A DNA stretch of 64,000 nt. It comes from Epiperipatus broadwayi (Eukaryota > Animalia > Onychophora). This document shows, in pieces, positions 12,961 through 25,988 of the stretch. Below the pieces are notes generated by a model, which saw nothing but the letters and a program-made list of their open reading frames with translations, searched no databases and was not told the origin of the DNA. The stretch's first letter is position 1, and each line of letters opens with the position of its first letter. Made by a program: the position numbers and the translations under genes. The stretch is taken from the NCBI GenBank assembly GCA_028023455.1, contig JAQFVV010000001.1:7254001-7318000 (forward strand). Reading direction: 5' to 3'.

Positions 12961-13405
12961 ATTTATATATTATGCACCCACATACATCTATCTCTCTCTT
13001 TCTATATATATATATATAATGAGAAAAATAGATAAATTGTTGAATAAACCTGTTGAGTGAGTTATTGTAGTCGGCATCTAAGGAATAATGCCAATGTAAC
13101 AAAAGTTTGTTTGGAGAGCAATATATGGCTAATTTTGTGATTTTAATACTATTTTACTTTACATATAAATTAATAATGAATATTTATATGTTATGCACAC
13201 ACAAATATCTATATTTATAATGAAAAAATAGATAAATAGATGAAATGAATAAACCTGTTTTGTGAGTTATTGTAGTAGTCACATAAGAAATAATGTATTG
13301 AAATAATGTATTTCGTACCCAAAGACTGCTTGGAGAAAGATATATAGTTGATCTAGTAGTTAGTTTTAATACTATTTTACATTATATATAAGTTAATAAT
13401 GAATA
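12961..13405. repeat. Tandem duplication, ~220-bp period
   Basis: tttatat(a/g)ttatgcac...gaataaacctgtt..gtgagttattgtagt...ttaataatgaata present twice. Confidence 0.75.
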
Positions 13406-15620
13406 AAATCTACTATCAAAATATATCCAAATAAATACCAGTTTAATCTATTGTAAATTGGTATATATAACATAGTGAATTAAATTGGCATTAAGTTGTA
13501 AATAGTCTAGCGATCTGTAAACCAATAATAAAATGTTATCTTAAATGCACTATTTTCATTTATATAAGCACACACATATTTATAAGATGAATTCCTATAA
13601 GCAGATTACAGGTACAGAAATTTTAAATAAAATTATTATTTGACGTTATTATCAATATTTTAATATCAGTTTTTTTTTCTATGTAAAAAGTTAAATGCAA
13701 TAACGAGTTTGAGGACTTCAAGGGAAAACTAATTTATTGCTAGATCTATTATTAAGGTAATGACAATTAAAATATCTAAATATAATTAGTGATTCATTTA
13801 AAATGATTCATATAGCAAGAGAATTAAATGATTCGTAATAAATTTTGTTTAAAGAAACTATATATTTTTGAATCACCTCATATAAATCTTTAAGTTAGGT
13901 TGAGGTAAAAGTTTGAAATTTTAAACGTTGTTTTTTTATTCCTTGTCATGATAATTTTTAACTCAAAAAATTTTCTTATAAGATTTTCATTTATTTTATT
14001 TCCATAAATGTTTTAAAGTAATACTCATCAAAGAAAGCATATTTAAAAGCATTACCTTCTAAATTACAAACTTTTAATCTTAATAATTGTATCATAGATT
14101 AATTATTATATATTGTGAGATTACCACATTTTTGTTAAAATATGTGGGAGACCGATTTCAAAAGTATTGGCAGGCACTCATCAAGTTACGGATTTTTTTT
14201 TTTACAATTTTAAAATTGTTTTAATATTCATCAATAATTGTTTAATTTCTTAAATATTTTAACACAATATGAGTTAAAACCCAAACTGTATAAAAAGATC
14301 GAATGTTAAATATTTCAGTTAAATTTAATAAAATGAGTTGATGTCGCGAAAGAATTATTTTCGCCTTTGAATATATGGGCGGATTTTCAGAAAACCAGAA
14401 TCTCTTTCTAAATAATGACAGTAGTTGAGAAGGAAAGTATGTATAAATATTTTTATTAATTACTTATTTTAAAAAATCCTTATATACCAATAACATAAAA
14501 TAATATCAAGGATCAGATTTTATTTTATAATATTTAATGAAATTTTAAAAATATAATTCTAAATAATTAAATTTTATTCAGTTTATCAGTTGATTGATAA
14601 TATTGAAGGTAATGACAGTAAAATACTTTTTATGAATTTTGATATTATTTTAAGAATATTTATTTAAAAACTCATCATATATTTAAATAATAATAATAAA
14701 CAGCCAATCATAAATGAGTATGGTCATGCAACTTCAAAAAAAAAAAAAAAAATCTATTAAAAATAACTTTTCTGATGTCGATACAAACCACTCTGTGAAC
14801 CACAAATACATCCATATTCTGTTTATTTGATATTTTATTATGCTGTCTTTTAATTTCTTCAGCATAAAACTTTTCTCTCTGAAATATTCAACACCATATC
14901 TAATTGAAACTTTCCAATGTATTCTATTTTCTACCATATCCACCTAATGAGAACAATTGGCATTGCACTTCTTTAGAATATCTTTGAAATAATTCTAATA
15001 TTGTGAATGGAATCTACCTCTGCCATAAAAACCATGCTCAAATTCATCATAAAACATTGTTGCTAATTTGTTTTTATATCCAATCCAATGGAGCTATGAT
15101 TTTAGAATAATGGATTCAATAGCACATTAATTTATGATCTTTTCTATTGTATTTTTAAAATTTTATGGAGCATTCATAAAAGATATTCTAATGCCTTTGT
15201 ATTGTGCTAATAGATTATCGAACAGCATCACATTGGTGAGTCAGTGTTGTAACCCAACATCTAAGTCAATTTTTAGATTTATAAAATTGATTTATATTCT
15301 TAAGTTGATAACAATCCAAGTGAAAAGTTGCTGAGAATTTTTCTTCCATCGTTGGCTAATAAAACATGAGTTCTTTGAACATTTAATTAATAAACCAAAG
15401 TCTTTATATGTTGCATTCTAAACATTAAGAATGTAAATTGCCTTTTGAACTGGCAAAATAGCACAATCATCAGCATATTGTAAATCCAAGAAAAAAAAAT
15501 TGTTATTAAAACAGGCAAAACTCTCCATATAGTAGTGCCATTCAGTGCCAACCAGAGTAATTAATGGATACCAGAAGGCTTGTGCATAAAATCTCTATCT
15601 AGTGCTTACTCATCCAATAT

Positions 15621-15660
15621 CCCAGATTAATGTCTGGCTTGTGGTCTTTATGAGTGATGA
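15621..15660 (-). ncRNA. Degenerate family 1 hammerhead (likely dead)
   Basis: Minus strand CTCATAA agac cacaa gcc a GACA ttaa TC tggg; core mutated. Confidence 0.45.
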
Positions 15661-16064
15661 GCTTTGGATCTGAGAGCACTGCACCTAGATCTTAGAATCT
15701 ATTGCAACTCTCCAGCAGCCACCTTTTATCTCTACTTAACTATAGAATAAAATTGAAAACAATAATATTTTCAATCTAAGCTCAATAGCTTATATAGTCA
15801 TATGGGTCTGAACCCAGTTCAGTACTCATGCATTTTGGTGTCTTTGGCTCTTTAACAACCATAGCCACCACTACCCTATTAGGCAGGATTGGTGTTAAAT
15901 CACTAAACATCACATGATCACTATTTCTTCTGCTAGTACATTACTGTTATTAAAACAGTCAAAACTCTCCATACAATAGTGCCACTCTGTGCCAATCAGA
16001 GTAATCAATGGATGTCAGAAGACTTGTGCATAAAATCTCTATCTAGTACCTACTTATTCAATAT

Positions 16065-16104
16065 CCCCAGATTAGTTTCTGGCTTGTGGCCTTCATCAGT
16101 GAGG
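16065..16104 (-). ncRNA. Type I hammerhead ribozyme (family 1)
   Basis: Minus strand cctca CTGATGA aggc cacaa gcc a GAAA ctaa TC tgggg. Confidence 0.8.
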
Positions 16105-16583
16105 AGCTTCGGATCTGAGAGCACAGCACCTAAAACTTAGGATCTAATGCAACCCTTCAGCAGCCACCTTTTATCTCTACTTAACTACAAAACTATGAGA
16201 ATAAAATTGAAAACAATAATATTTTCAATCTAAGTTCTATAGCTTATATAGTCATATGGGTCTGGACCCCGTTCGGTATCCATACATTTTGGTGTCTTTG
16301 GCTCTTTAACAACCATAGCCACCACTATTCTATTTGGAAGAATTGGTGTTAAACCACTAAACATCACACAATCACTATTTCTAGCCAAAGACACCAAAAT
16401 GTATGGGTACTGAACTGGGTTCAGACCCATATGACTATATAAGCTATTGAGCTTAGATTGGAAATATTATTGTGTTTTCAATTTTATTCTCATAGTTTTG
16501 TAGTTAAGTAGAGATAAAAGGTGGCTACAGGAGGGTTGCATTAGATCCTAAGATCTAGGTGCAATGCTCTTAGATCCAAAGTT

Positions 16584-16623
16584 CCTCACTGCTGAAGGCC
16601 ACAAGCCAGAAACTAGTCTGGGG
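16584..16623 (+). ncRNA. Type I hammerhead (family 1) with A6C core change
   Basis: cctca CTGCTGA aggc cacaa gcc a GAAA ctag TC tgggg. Confidence 0.7.
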
Positions 16624-17499
16624 ATATTGGATGAGTAAGCACTAGATAGGGATTTTATGCACAAGCCTTCTGTTATCCATTGATTACTCTGGTTGGCACT
16701 GAGTGGCATTATTGTATGGAGAGTTTTTCCAGTTTTAATAACAGTAATGTGCTAACAGAAAAAATAGTGATCATGTGAAAAAAAAAATGTTTTTGTTTTT
16801 AATCAACTCAAATAAAAAATTCCACTATCAAACCTGTATTATATCTTGATCCCTGTTTGATTAAGCCACCTAAATAATACTATCATAAAAATTGGAAACA
16901 ATGTTGGAGCAAATATACATCCTTCTTTAACACTAGTTTTTATTTTTAATATCTCAGATTTTCCACCTGTAATAGTAATTCTTCCAGTATATTATGTAAA
17001 AAGCTGGGTAGTATAAATAAATTTTGGTGGAAAATGAACTTATTTCAAACAATGCCATACATCTGTCATAATATCTAAATAAAATGCTTTAACCAAAACA
17101 AAATATAAATTATTACTTTGTTACCAAAATTCTAACTTTGAACATTTTTGGCAAAACTCTGCTCTGAAGAAGACTGCTGGACAGTCAAAACATAGGTGCT
17201 TGTATATATGTATAAATAAAGAGTTTTGCTAGAATGTGTTCGAAGTGGTTTGGATAAATTATATTTATAGGTTACTCCTTTGTTTCCAACATTTTTTTTT
17301 ACATTTGCCTGGCAAGTAAAACCACACTGTGTCTCTAGTATCCATTCTTCTATAATTGGATCAGATTTCTGGGGGAAAAATAAACACACGGATTGATACA
17401 TTAATTTTATTTTAAGCATGAATGTATATTTATGAAAAAAAGTGTATGAAGAAATCAGGTACATGCGCAAAGAAAATAAGAATTGGGGAATAAAGTAAG

Positions 17500-19400
17500 T
17501 GAAATAAAGTAAATTGGACAGATAAAGTCAGATGTTGAAACAGGTTTATAGAAAGACAGATTAGAGATAATAGGCAACAATGAAAGTTTGCCTGGAAGGG
17601 GAAATGACGTTACACTTATTTTATGAAATTATTTTCAAAGTTTACATTTTTTTTTGTAAGATTAAAAGTAATTGAATACAAGCTTATATACTGATAAATA
17701 CAAAATTGGAAAAAAAAAAGAGAAACAATGAGATCACTGAAAAGATTAGCACTCAACTAAAAGTCCCAATATAGAAGAGATGATCAGATGTTGCTAAGAA
17801 AATAGAAGAAAAAGAAGTTAAAGGAGAAAAGAAAATCAGGTGTTGCTAAGGAAATTAGAAGTCAGTCAGCAAAAAGAAATGCTGTTATGAAAAATACAAG
17901 AAACTAAGAAGACAATTAAAAGAGAGCAGAAGTAAGTCAGATGCTGCTAAGGAAAATAGAAGAAACTATTCAACAAAGATAAGAAAGTAATCAAAAGATG
18001 TTGATAAAAATGGAGAGAATTAATCAGGAAAGGAAAGAAACAACCAAAAGATAAACCAAGAGTATTCAAAAAGCTATCTACAATATATGTGCAGGGTAAA
18101 ATATGAGAGAAATTGGAAAAAAATCAAGTAAGGAGAGAATGGACATGAAGGAAAAATAGCAAGAAAGAATTGATTAGACAGTTGAAAAGATGAAATAAAT
18201 AGGGCAGGTGGAGAATAAAACATCAAAAATTAAATAGAAAGCCAAGACATAGAGAGTTAAGCATTGTCTACTCAAAAAAAAAAAAATAGAAACAACTTAA
18301 GAAGAGTTAAGTGAAAATCTCAGACAGTTCAAAAATGAACAAGAGAAATATGCAAATTACTTTATTAAGAAGTCTTAAAAAAAGATAAAAAAATAGAGAA
18401 AATTAAAGCAGAGTTAATGAAAGATAGTTAGTGGGCCTATAAAGAGAAAGCAAATATCTTGGAATACAAATCATATCAAAGAAATATCAATTTATTTCTT
18501 ATAAGAAAAAAATCTTTCACGAGGATGCAGGAGAAACTCCTATAGAAACATCTTGCAGTTTGGAAAACTATTTTTCATTAAATAAAATGGAGCAACACCA
18601 CAAGATGACACTGGCCTATACTCCCAGGAATCAGCAAATTTCTGATGGAAATCATTATCAATAAAGCAGAAAATTTGAAAGGATATAAAAGATGCCTTAT
18701 TGGGTGAATACTGAATAAATGAGCATCAAGATAGTACACAATATTAAATATCACAAAGAGACACAAAGTAGGTATAGGAGAGATCCTCTATATTCAATTT
18801 TTTTAGCACCAGGTATCTTGGTTGAAAGTCTTGGCAGGTAGAACTTTGTCACATAGTCAGATAATATCAATTATTCGACATAATCTGCCATAAAAGATCA
18901 ATCAAATGGTTATGTGTGCAGACAGAAGAATTATTGAGCAGATAGCATAATTACTGAAGTCCTTAGATGTAAATAAACAAATTGCAAGAAGGATTATGAA
19001 GAAATTTTAGCTTTCTAACTTTAAATATAAAGTTACCTTCAAGTATGAGAATAAAGTTAATATAAATAGTATAGTTGTCAAAAAAATTATGTAGTCCATG
19101 AGAAGTATAAAAAAGAAGAAAGAGTAATAATGGTTTGGAAAGAGTAAGATTAATACTAAGGATTGATTGTCAATGTGGACAGCCTGAAGAGGAATTTTCC
19201 ATAATCTTATTTCAGTTCTATTCATGTGAAGAAGTTCAGTCAATTGAAGAATAATGTCCAGTTAATTATCCACAATAAAATAATTGTAATAAGTTCTCAG
19301 ATTTATATGAAAATCCCTACCATATTGCACAGCATCAAGCTTCATGTTAGAAGTTGGAAGAAGTTTGTTGAACACTTATAATGTCTGACTCCTAAGATCT
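17500..19400 (+). mobile_element. Heavily decayed non-LTR retrotransposon remnant, possibly restriction-like-endonuclease clade
   Basis: Purine-rich K/E/R-coding bias; weak GDPL-like motif (~18775) and DCQCGQPEE (~19165) resembling the CCHC preceding an RLE domain. Confidence 0.3.
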
Positions 19401-20767
19401 TTTCCAAAAGAATGATATTAATATATACTTTATCTTAATATATAACTGAAAAGAAAATGAAGAAGGGAATAACTCAGATGAGATATTCTTTTTATCTGGA
19501 TCAATCATTCATTTAAGTGATAGGGAATGAGAAAAATTATTTCTTCTTGTGTTAGTTGCAGGATAACTTTCTGTTAAATAGGAATCAGGTTAGATTATAT
19601 TAATTAAAAAAATTATGTGCGCGAAATAATGATATGTCAAATTTTAGACATTTTAATCATAATATTAATATAGAAAAGAGAGGGGCGGAATATTTTTTTT
19701 GAGTAGTTTGTTATATACATATATTCTTAATCAATCAATAAATTGTAAATAAATCAAATGTATAGACAACTCATTGGTATAAAACTTAATATCAAATTGA
19801 TATTCATTTCTCAAGATGCCATTTTTAAAATTTATCATGTGACAAGGAATGTTCTACAACTTTATACACTCTAGTAGTCATCATTAAAAATAAATTCATT
19901 AAAAAATTTCATACTAAAATTTTTTTTTCCTTTTTAAAAATTTACCAATAATACATGATCTTATTTATTTCTTTACTACCTTATAACTACTATCTATAAA
20001 TAAACAATTTGTATCTATATATGTATACATACTTATACATATATATTACAGCTGTGTGACCATTTCCCTACCAAATTTATAGAAACATTGACCATATATA
20101 CATTTATATGTTTTCTTGAATATATAATGTTTCATAATATTATGTATTTGGGAAAAAAACAGAAAGGGATTTGGATCTTGCTTATAAATAGAATATTTTA
20201 TTTAAAAAAAAAATTAAAAAAGACATTAAGAGCTTTATCTCTCAAGAAATTTAAAGTATTTTTCAATTTTATATAAATACTGTATAATAATATGGTGAAT
20301 TTGGTAATAATTTTTTATTGAAAAAAATCTTTCTTGTTTAAGAAAATCAATTAGCCAAGGCTTAATGCAGTGATTTCCAAGATAGTCATATGCTTGAAAG
20401 GAAAATTGATATTAATGTTGGTTTTTTAAAAACAAAAGAGTATGTGGGTAAATCTAGTTAAAAATTCAGTAGTTGTGAGTTCTGCAGTCAAAGTCATATT
20501 GGATATCTAATGCCAAATTCATCTCATTCTTGGTTTTAAAAAAAGGGGTTTTGGTAATATGTATACCAGTATGGAGTTTATAAGAACCATATACTAAGAT
20601 CTTGATGAAAACTGATGGGCATTGACTCAACCATAGGTAAATAGCTCATCAATTCAAAATTATAATTGTCTCAGATGATATTAACCTGCAATAATAATAA
20701 TTGTTAATTTAAAATAGTAAAAAAAGAGGAAAATGCTAAATGAATGAAAAATAAAAAATAATTGGTA

Positions 20768-21020
20768 AATTGGAAACCTGGAGCTACAAAAAGAAAAAAA
20801 AAAGAAAAACTAAATGAATGAAAAATTAAATAAAAAATAATAATGATTAAACTTGAAATCTGGAACTACAAACAAAAAAGAAGAAAAAACTAAATAGATA
20901 AAAAATGAAAATAATTCTTAAACTGGAAACTTGAAGCTACAAAAAAAGAAAAAATACATAGATGAAAATAACTATTGAGGAAGTTATAAAAGGAAAAACT
21001 GGAACCTAAGAAGTAAACTG
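20768..21020. repeat. Degenerate minisatellite, ~70-80-bp unit, 3-4 copies
   Basis: aaa(t/c)t(g/t)gaaa(c/t)(c/t)tg(g/a)agctacaaa recurs at ~20768, 20849, 20920 and partially at 20996. Confidence 0.65.
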
Positions 21021-21115
21021 TTTCCTGCAGAGTTTACAAAAAGAGATAATCAACCAGACAACTATAAAAGGACTAAAAGAAAAAAATCAATAGTCAAGAT
21101 AAGGTATTGTAATAT

Positions 21116-21222
21116 GCATTGTTAGCCGAGAGGTCATCGTAGCCGCCGTGCAAGCAAGTAATTGGTTGCAGACGGTTGTGGGTTCGCGTCCCGGCAGATG
21201 CTATGACAAATGAAAAAAAAAA
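21116..21222 (+). mobile_element. tRNA-derived SINE
   Basis: gcattgtTAGCCGAGAGG...GGTTCGCGTCCcggcagatgctatgacaaatg plus A-tail; same family as 8121-8234 and 30061-30107. Confidence 0.8.
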
Positions 21223-22479
21223 TGTACTTCATAAAGAAATGAATAAATGAAAATATTGAATAATTTTTTTAAATTTATTTTGTTGAAAGATTTTTTTACT
21301 AGGTTAAAATATGGGGATAATCTCATTTTCAAAAGAAAAGGGAGGAAAATTTAAGTTAAAAATGTTTTCTTTCTTCATTGTAAAATAGATTTTTAATTGA
21401 GTTTGATTATTGTAAGGGAATAATTTACCTTGATTAAATATTATTTAATTATTAGGAGTTAGAAGAGAATAATATTTATATGTTATAAAAAATTATTGCA
21501 TGAACAGGGTTGATCAATATGTATAATTAACTTTGAGTTTCACATCATTTTCTAAATTTTTTTTATTTGTTAATTATTATTTTTTTAAGTAAAAATTTTT
21601 TTTGAAAGTTATTTTTTTATGTTTTTATTCTTCTAGCTGTCTATTCTATGGATTAGCAGTACACGTGTGACTAATTTTATCCTAAAATCATGCTTCAATA
21701 TGAAGCTTGATATTGATGTAATGGTAAAAGTTTTTTTGTATAGGGGTATATTTTTTTCTTGTTGATACTCTCTAAGGTCTTTGCAATCCCAAAGCTAACT
21801 CAGATAGAATGATATTTTCCATGTATATGTGTGGATATATGTATGTGGATATCTTGATGGTTCCCTGTAGAATTATTTGAACGGAACAAAGACAAAAATC
21901 AGTTTTAAAGTCCACATACTTCATTTTATAGATTTAATAATTAGTTTATTGATGGACAGTGCACTTATAGTAGATGCTGGCCTAGAGCATTGATGATGAT
22001 TCTTTTGATATAATAATCACATCATTTCTGATGTAGGATTAATTTTATAATTATTTTTGCACTTATGTATGTGCATGTAAATGAAATAGTGATGGTTACT
22101 TTTATAATATGTCTTAAGTTTGCCATTGGTTAGATGATGATTGACCTTATTTTTGTATGGTATCTTTTTTAATTTCCAGTCACAAAAGATAACTGATGAT
22201 TCTTGATGATTATTGCTGGTGATGATATATTTATTACTTGAATGTTACTTATATTGATTTCATATGCTGATTCTTTGTTTATTTTCTATGACTAGTATAA
22301 CAGGGATGCATTTGTTAATGATTGTTCAATGCTTTTGAGAGGATTTTCATCGATCCCAGATACACCCTACATTTGTAGCATTACATTTAGATGGTTGGAA
22401 AACATCAAATGATCCTAATAGCACTGTACATATAGTAAAAGAAAAAAAAATGTTTATATTTGTTTTATATTCATTTAAA

Positions 22480-22900
22480 GATATAGTTTAGGAATGCAGT
22501 TTTAAGATGGGTTTTAGATAATATTTAAAAAAGGGGAGGTTTTTGGAAATTAGAGTTGGTATTTAAATTTGTATAGAAAGTTTCTTGGATGATTTTAGGA
22601 CAGATTTGTAATTAAATAATGTAAAACAAAGAGAAATGAAATATAGCAGTGGGAGAGAGATGTAAGTAAAATATATTTATATGTGTTTAATATGTTTGTT
22701 ATTGTTTATGTTAATGTAAGAGGAAGTTTTTATGTAATTAAAGTTTCTTTATAAATATGTATTTTATATTGTCGTTGCAGATCCTTGAAAATGACTGTAT
22801 GATATAAAAACAGTTGAAACGTTGGAGTTTTGTATTATATAAATGTATATATATGTTCAGTATTGAGATATAAAAAAATAAAGTTTTTGAAAAGAAAAAG
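22480..22900 (+). mobile_element. Possible Penelope-like pseudo-LTR remnant with hammerhead-like motif at 22782-22826
   Basis: tcc TTGAAAA tgactg[13 nt]cagtt GAAA C GTT gga followed by aataaagttt; GAAACGTT with an ACGT palindrome is typical of PLE minimal hammerheads. Confidence 0.4.
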
Positions 22901-23237
22901 AAGGATTTTTAATTTGTTGATATTATTACATATTTATAAGTTACTGCTAATGAGATTGCATTCTGGAGCTTGACTAAGAAAATAATTATTAGTAAGTCAA
23001 AACTAGAAAATTGAGAAATTGAATAAAAAAAAACGAACGAATTTATGAAAATGTTATCATTCTCTGATATTAACACAATTAGTGCTCATCTGTGTGATCA
23101 GCATATTGTTTAAGCTTAAGTTATACTTCCAACTATTTCTTGAGAATAAAAAATGGGTTGGATAATGAATTGAAAAGAGCCATTTCTCTATTATTAAAGG
23201 ATATAAATACAATTATAGTATATATAATTAAACTAGA

Positions 23238-23450
23238 TGTAATTAGAGTGGATATGAACTCAGACTTCCAAGATCCCTTCAGTCATCTATTCCTTCTTAT
23301 GCAACCGATACACATGACCACATATAAACTATGTATATTGGAGATCATTTAGCTTTTTCACATATACGTGGTTATGTGTATCCATTATATAAGATGGAGT
23401 GAATAATTGAAGAGAGCTTAAAAGCATGGGTTCAAATCCCCTTTAATTAT
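23238..23450. mobile_element. Family 2 fold-back element, copy 4 (short, lacks HHR core)
   Basis: tgtaattagagtggatatgaactcagacttc ... catgggttcaaatcccctttaatta. Confidence 0.75.
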
Positions 23451-24851
23451 TAAGGGATTTATAAATTCATCTCTCATTTTTTACAAATATCTACAAACAA
23501 AATGAATTTCAAAACATTAAAATAAAAAGGGTCAATAATCATTATAAAAATCAATCTCTAAATGAGATCAAAAAAACTTTGTTGAACGTGTTACTACTGA
23601 TCTCTGAGAATTCATCCATCAAAATTAAATAAATAAGTGAAACATAAAGATTATTAGTATCTAGAAACTTAATAATTTTGGAAAATATTTTCTACCAGAA
23701 TTTAACATTTATCTCCACTGATTCAGATTTTTGATTGTTCATATATAACTCTTATCCATTTCTTCTTTCTCCCTCTATATTTTGATTCTTCTGCTAGTAC
23801 AGTCGAAACTGTTATAATAAATAAAATTATTTGCTTAAAGTATTAAAGGAGTGTTGATGAGTTTATAGTGAATTTTTGATTGTTCTAACAATCAGCCAAT
23901 TCGATTAAGGCATAAACTAAGTAGAATTAAAAAAAAAAAGAAAGCAATTTTTTAAAATGATTTAGTTAAAACAACAAAGATTTATAGGGTGTCATTCATT
24001 GCTGATAATTATTATTTGAATGATCAAAAACAAAGTAGCTGCGAGTGTTATTAAATAATTTGATGGGGGGAGGGGAAATAAGTCAACTGTTAATTGACTC
24101 CAGTAGTTAAATTTTCTGATGAGTAATTGAAATGTCATTAAGCTATTGATTAATATTTATGAAATGACCCATAAATGTCAGCAAAAATATTTTATATTAT
24201 GCCAGCCAATATTGGTGTAATACTTTAGACATAAAGGTTATTTCATTAATAAAATGCCACATTTAATTTTCCTTCTTCCAAACTCCTCCCCCTCATCCTT
24301 ATTTATTGCATTTTTCTTGTTCATATTATCTTCTATATGTGATTCAGTAAATACCAAGATATCTATATGTTCAACAAAAATAATCACTAAAGCAATATTG
24401 ATAATTTATTTGAACTACAGTTTAAATAAATAAATAGTTTCAAACAAGTCATTGAAAGTAAAGCTATCATCTGCCTAAATCCATGATAATTAATAAAAAT
24501 ATTTAATCTATACCATATTTTTGAATAAGCTGATACTGCAGAATTAGCTTTAACTCCAAACAATGAAAAAAAGCACTGGACAACAACTGATGGTACACAC
24601 AAAGAATTTACTACAATGTTTAGCACATCTATCTACTGTGATCTAGTATTGGAGTCCAGTCTGGGTAAGCTTTGAAAATATTTTTCAGATCATAAATTGA
24701 CTTATGATTTTTCTTTCAAATAGTTGATTCATAACTGGCTATTCCATCCAATATTCATTTTCAAATGGGTATATAGTGCTTATTATCTAGAAGATAACAG
24801 AGGGTAATATTACCAGATTAATTTTAATTGGTGAGGTAAGTATAATATTAT

Positions 24852-24977
24852 ATGGTTTTTACTACCAAACATCACTTGATCATTATTTCCTATGCTTGCT
24901 CATAACTGTTATTAAAACAGGCAAAACTCTCCATACTGTATGGAGAGTTTTACCTGTTTTAATAATGGTTTTTACTA
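24852..24977. mobile_element. Family 1 micro-insertion (100 bp) with perfect 13-bp TSD and 28-bp internal palindrome
   Basis: TSD atggtttttacta at 24852-24864 and 24965-24977; ttattaaaacaggcaaaactctccatac / tgtatggagagttttacctgttttaataa head-to-head. Confidence 0.85.
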
Positions 24978-25988
24978 TTAGCTTGAAGATGTTACACTCC
25001 TACAAATATTGAGTTCATTGTTAACCATTATTTTTTAGCCCAATAAAATTAAGGACATAATTCACGTCAAACTACATTGTCATATCATAGAATCAATATG
25101 AATAAAAAGACACATTTATCATATTGATAGTAGTAGAGGCTGTTCAATATATTTCTGATTTGTTTCCTAAATCGACTCAAGTTGACTTTTGATTTGTCAA
25201 CTATTATTTTTTGTTACTATTAATTTTTTTTGTCCATTATCATATATTCAGGACTGTCATGAGGCATCCTTTGTGCAAGTTAAATTCCAATGGCCCCAAT
25301 TCCATGAAATAGAATTTGCAAATTAAAACAAAGTAAATTTAATAAAATTTTATTTAACAAAAGATGTGAAAACAGTAGAACATTAAAAAATTATAAATTT
25401 ATTTATACAGTTTACCATTTTATTTATATACCAGACATACTCATCCTATGTAAAGGCTGTCATTTTCACAATACTTTTTTTTTTAACATTTCTGAAAAAA
25501 AAAAAAAAAAATTGTTAAAAGGTTGTTTTAATAATTTTTTTTCAGAAATATTACAAACACATAAATATTTTAAAAACTAAATGTAAATACAGTACTATAG
25601 CATCTATTTTTCCTCCCTCACTAAATATCACACTTCAAACATGAATTTATGTACTGTAATCACATTTTTTTTCACAACTTAAATACTATACCTATTTAGT
25701 TCTGTACAGTAGTTAAAGCACATGTACTAATTTTTTTCAATTTTTTTTCAAAAAGTTTTATTCCATATATCTTTTGTAAAATACCATTAGTAGAATTACA
25801 TACCTTGAATAAAATGCTCATAATCAAATTAAGTCTCTTAAATATGAAGAAGGAGTTACTTCCTCTGCATAAAATACTTCATAAAAAATTATAATGGCAG
25901 GACAAATAATTTTTTCCCTTGAAAAATACATCCTCTAAGAAATAAATATTTAACTTGAATATCAGCTGGCAGTGTTATGAACATTTAA

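Larger units (their letters stand above)
15501..16777. mobile_element. Family 1 retrozyme-like array: two tandem ~444-nt units (-) plus one inverted unit (+)
   Basis: tgttattaaaacag(g/t)caaaactctccata at 15501 and 15945; inversion junction ~16381-16384; A-rich TSD gaaaaaaaaa(a)t at 15490-15500 and 16777-16788. Confidence 0.9.
14745..17110 (-). mobile_element. Decayed RTE-clade LINE (RT to C-terminus), split by the family 1 array
   Basis: Minus-strand KTSVKEGCIFAPTLFP (~16890-16940) and GIKI*YRFDSGIFYLS*LKTKT continue, across the insertion, into FFLDLQYADDCAI (~15460-15500); C-terminal MVENRIHWKVSIRYGVEYF. Confidence 0.85.

Noticed and set aside
15501-16777. CRISPR array or simple satellite
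   Set aside because: No repeat-spacer structure; units are ~445 nt, dispersed and TSD-flanked in a eukaryotic context
21116-21202. Functional tRNA gene
   Set aside because: Imperfect acceptor stem, A-tail, and dispersed TSD-flanked and truncated copies indicate a SINE
24531-24663. Candidate + strand exon (DTAELALTPNNEKKHWTTTDG..., donor G|GTAAGC)
   Set aside because: Plausible splice sites but no recognisable homology or partner exons
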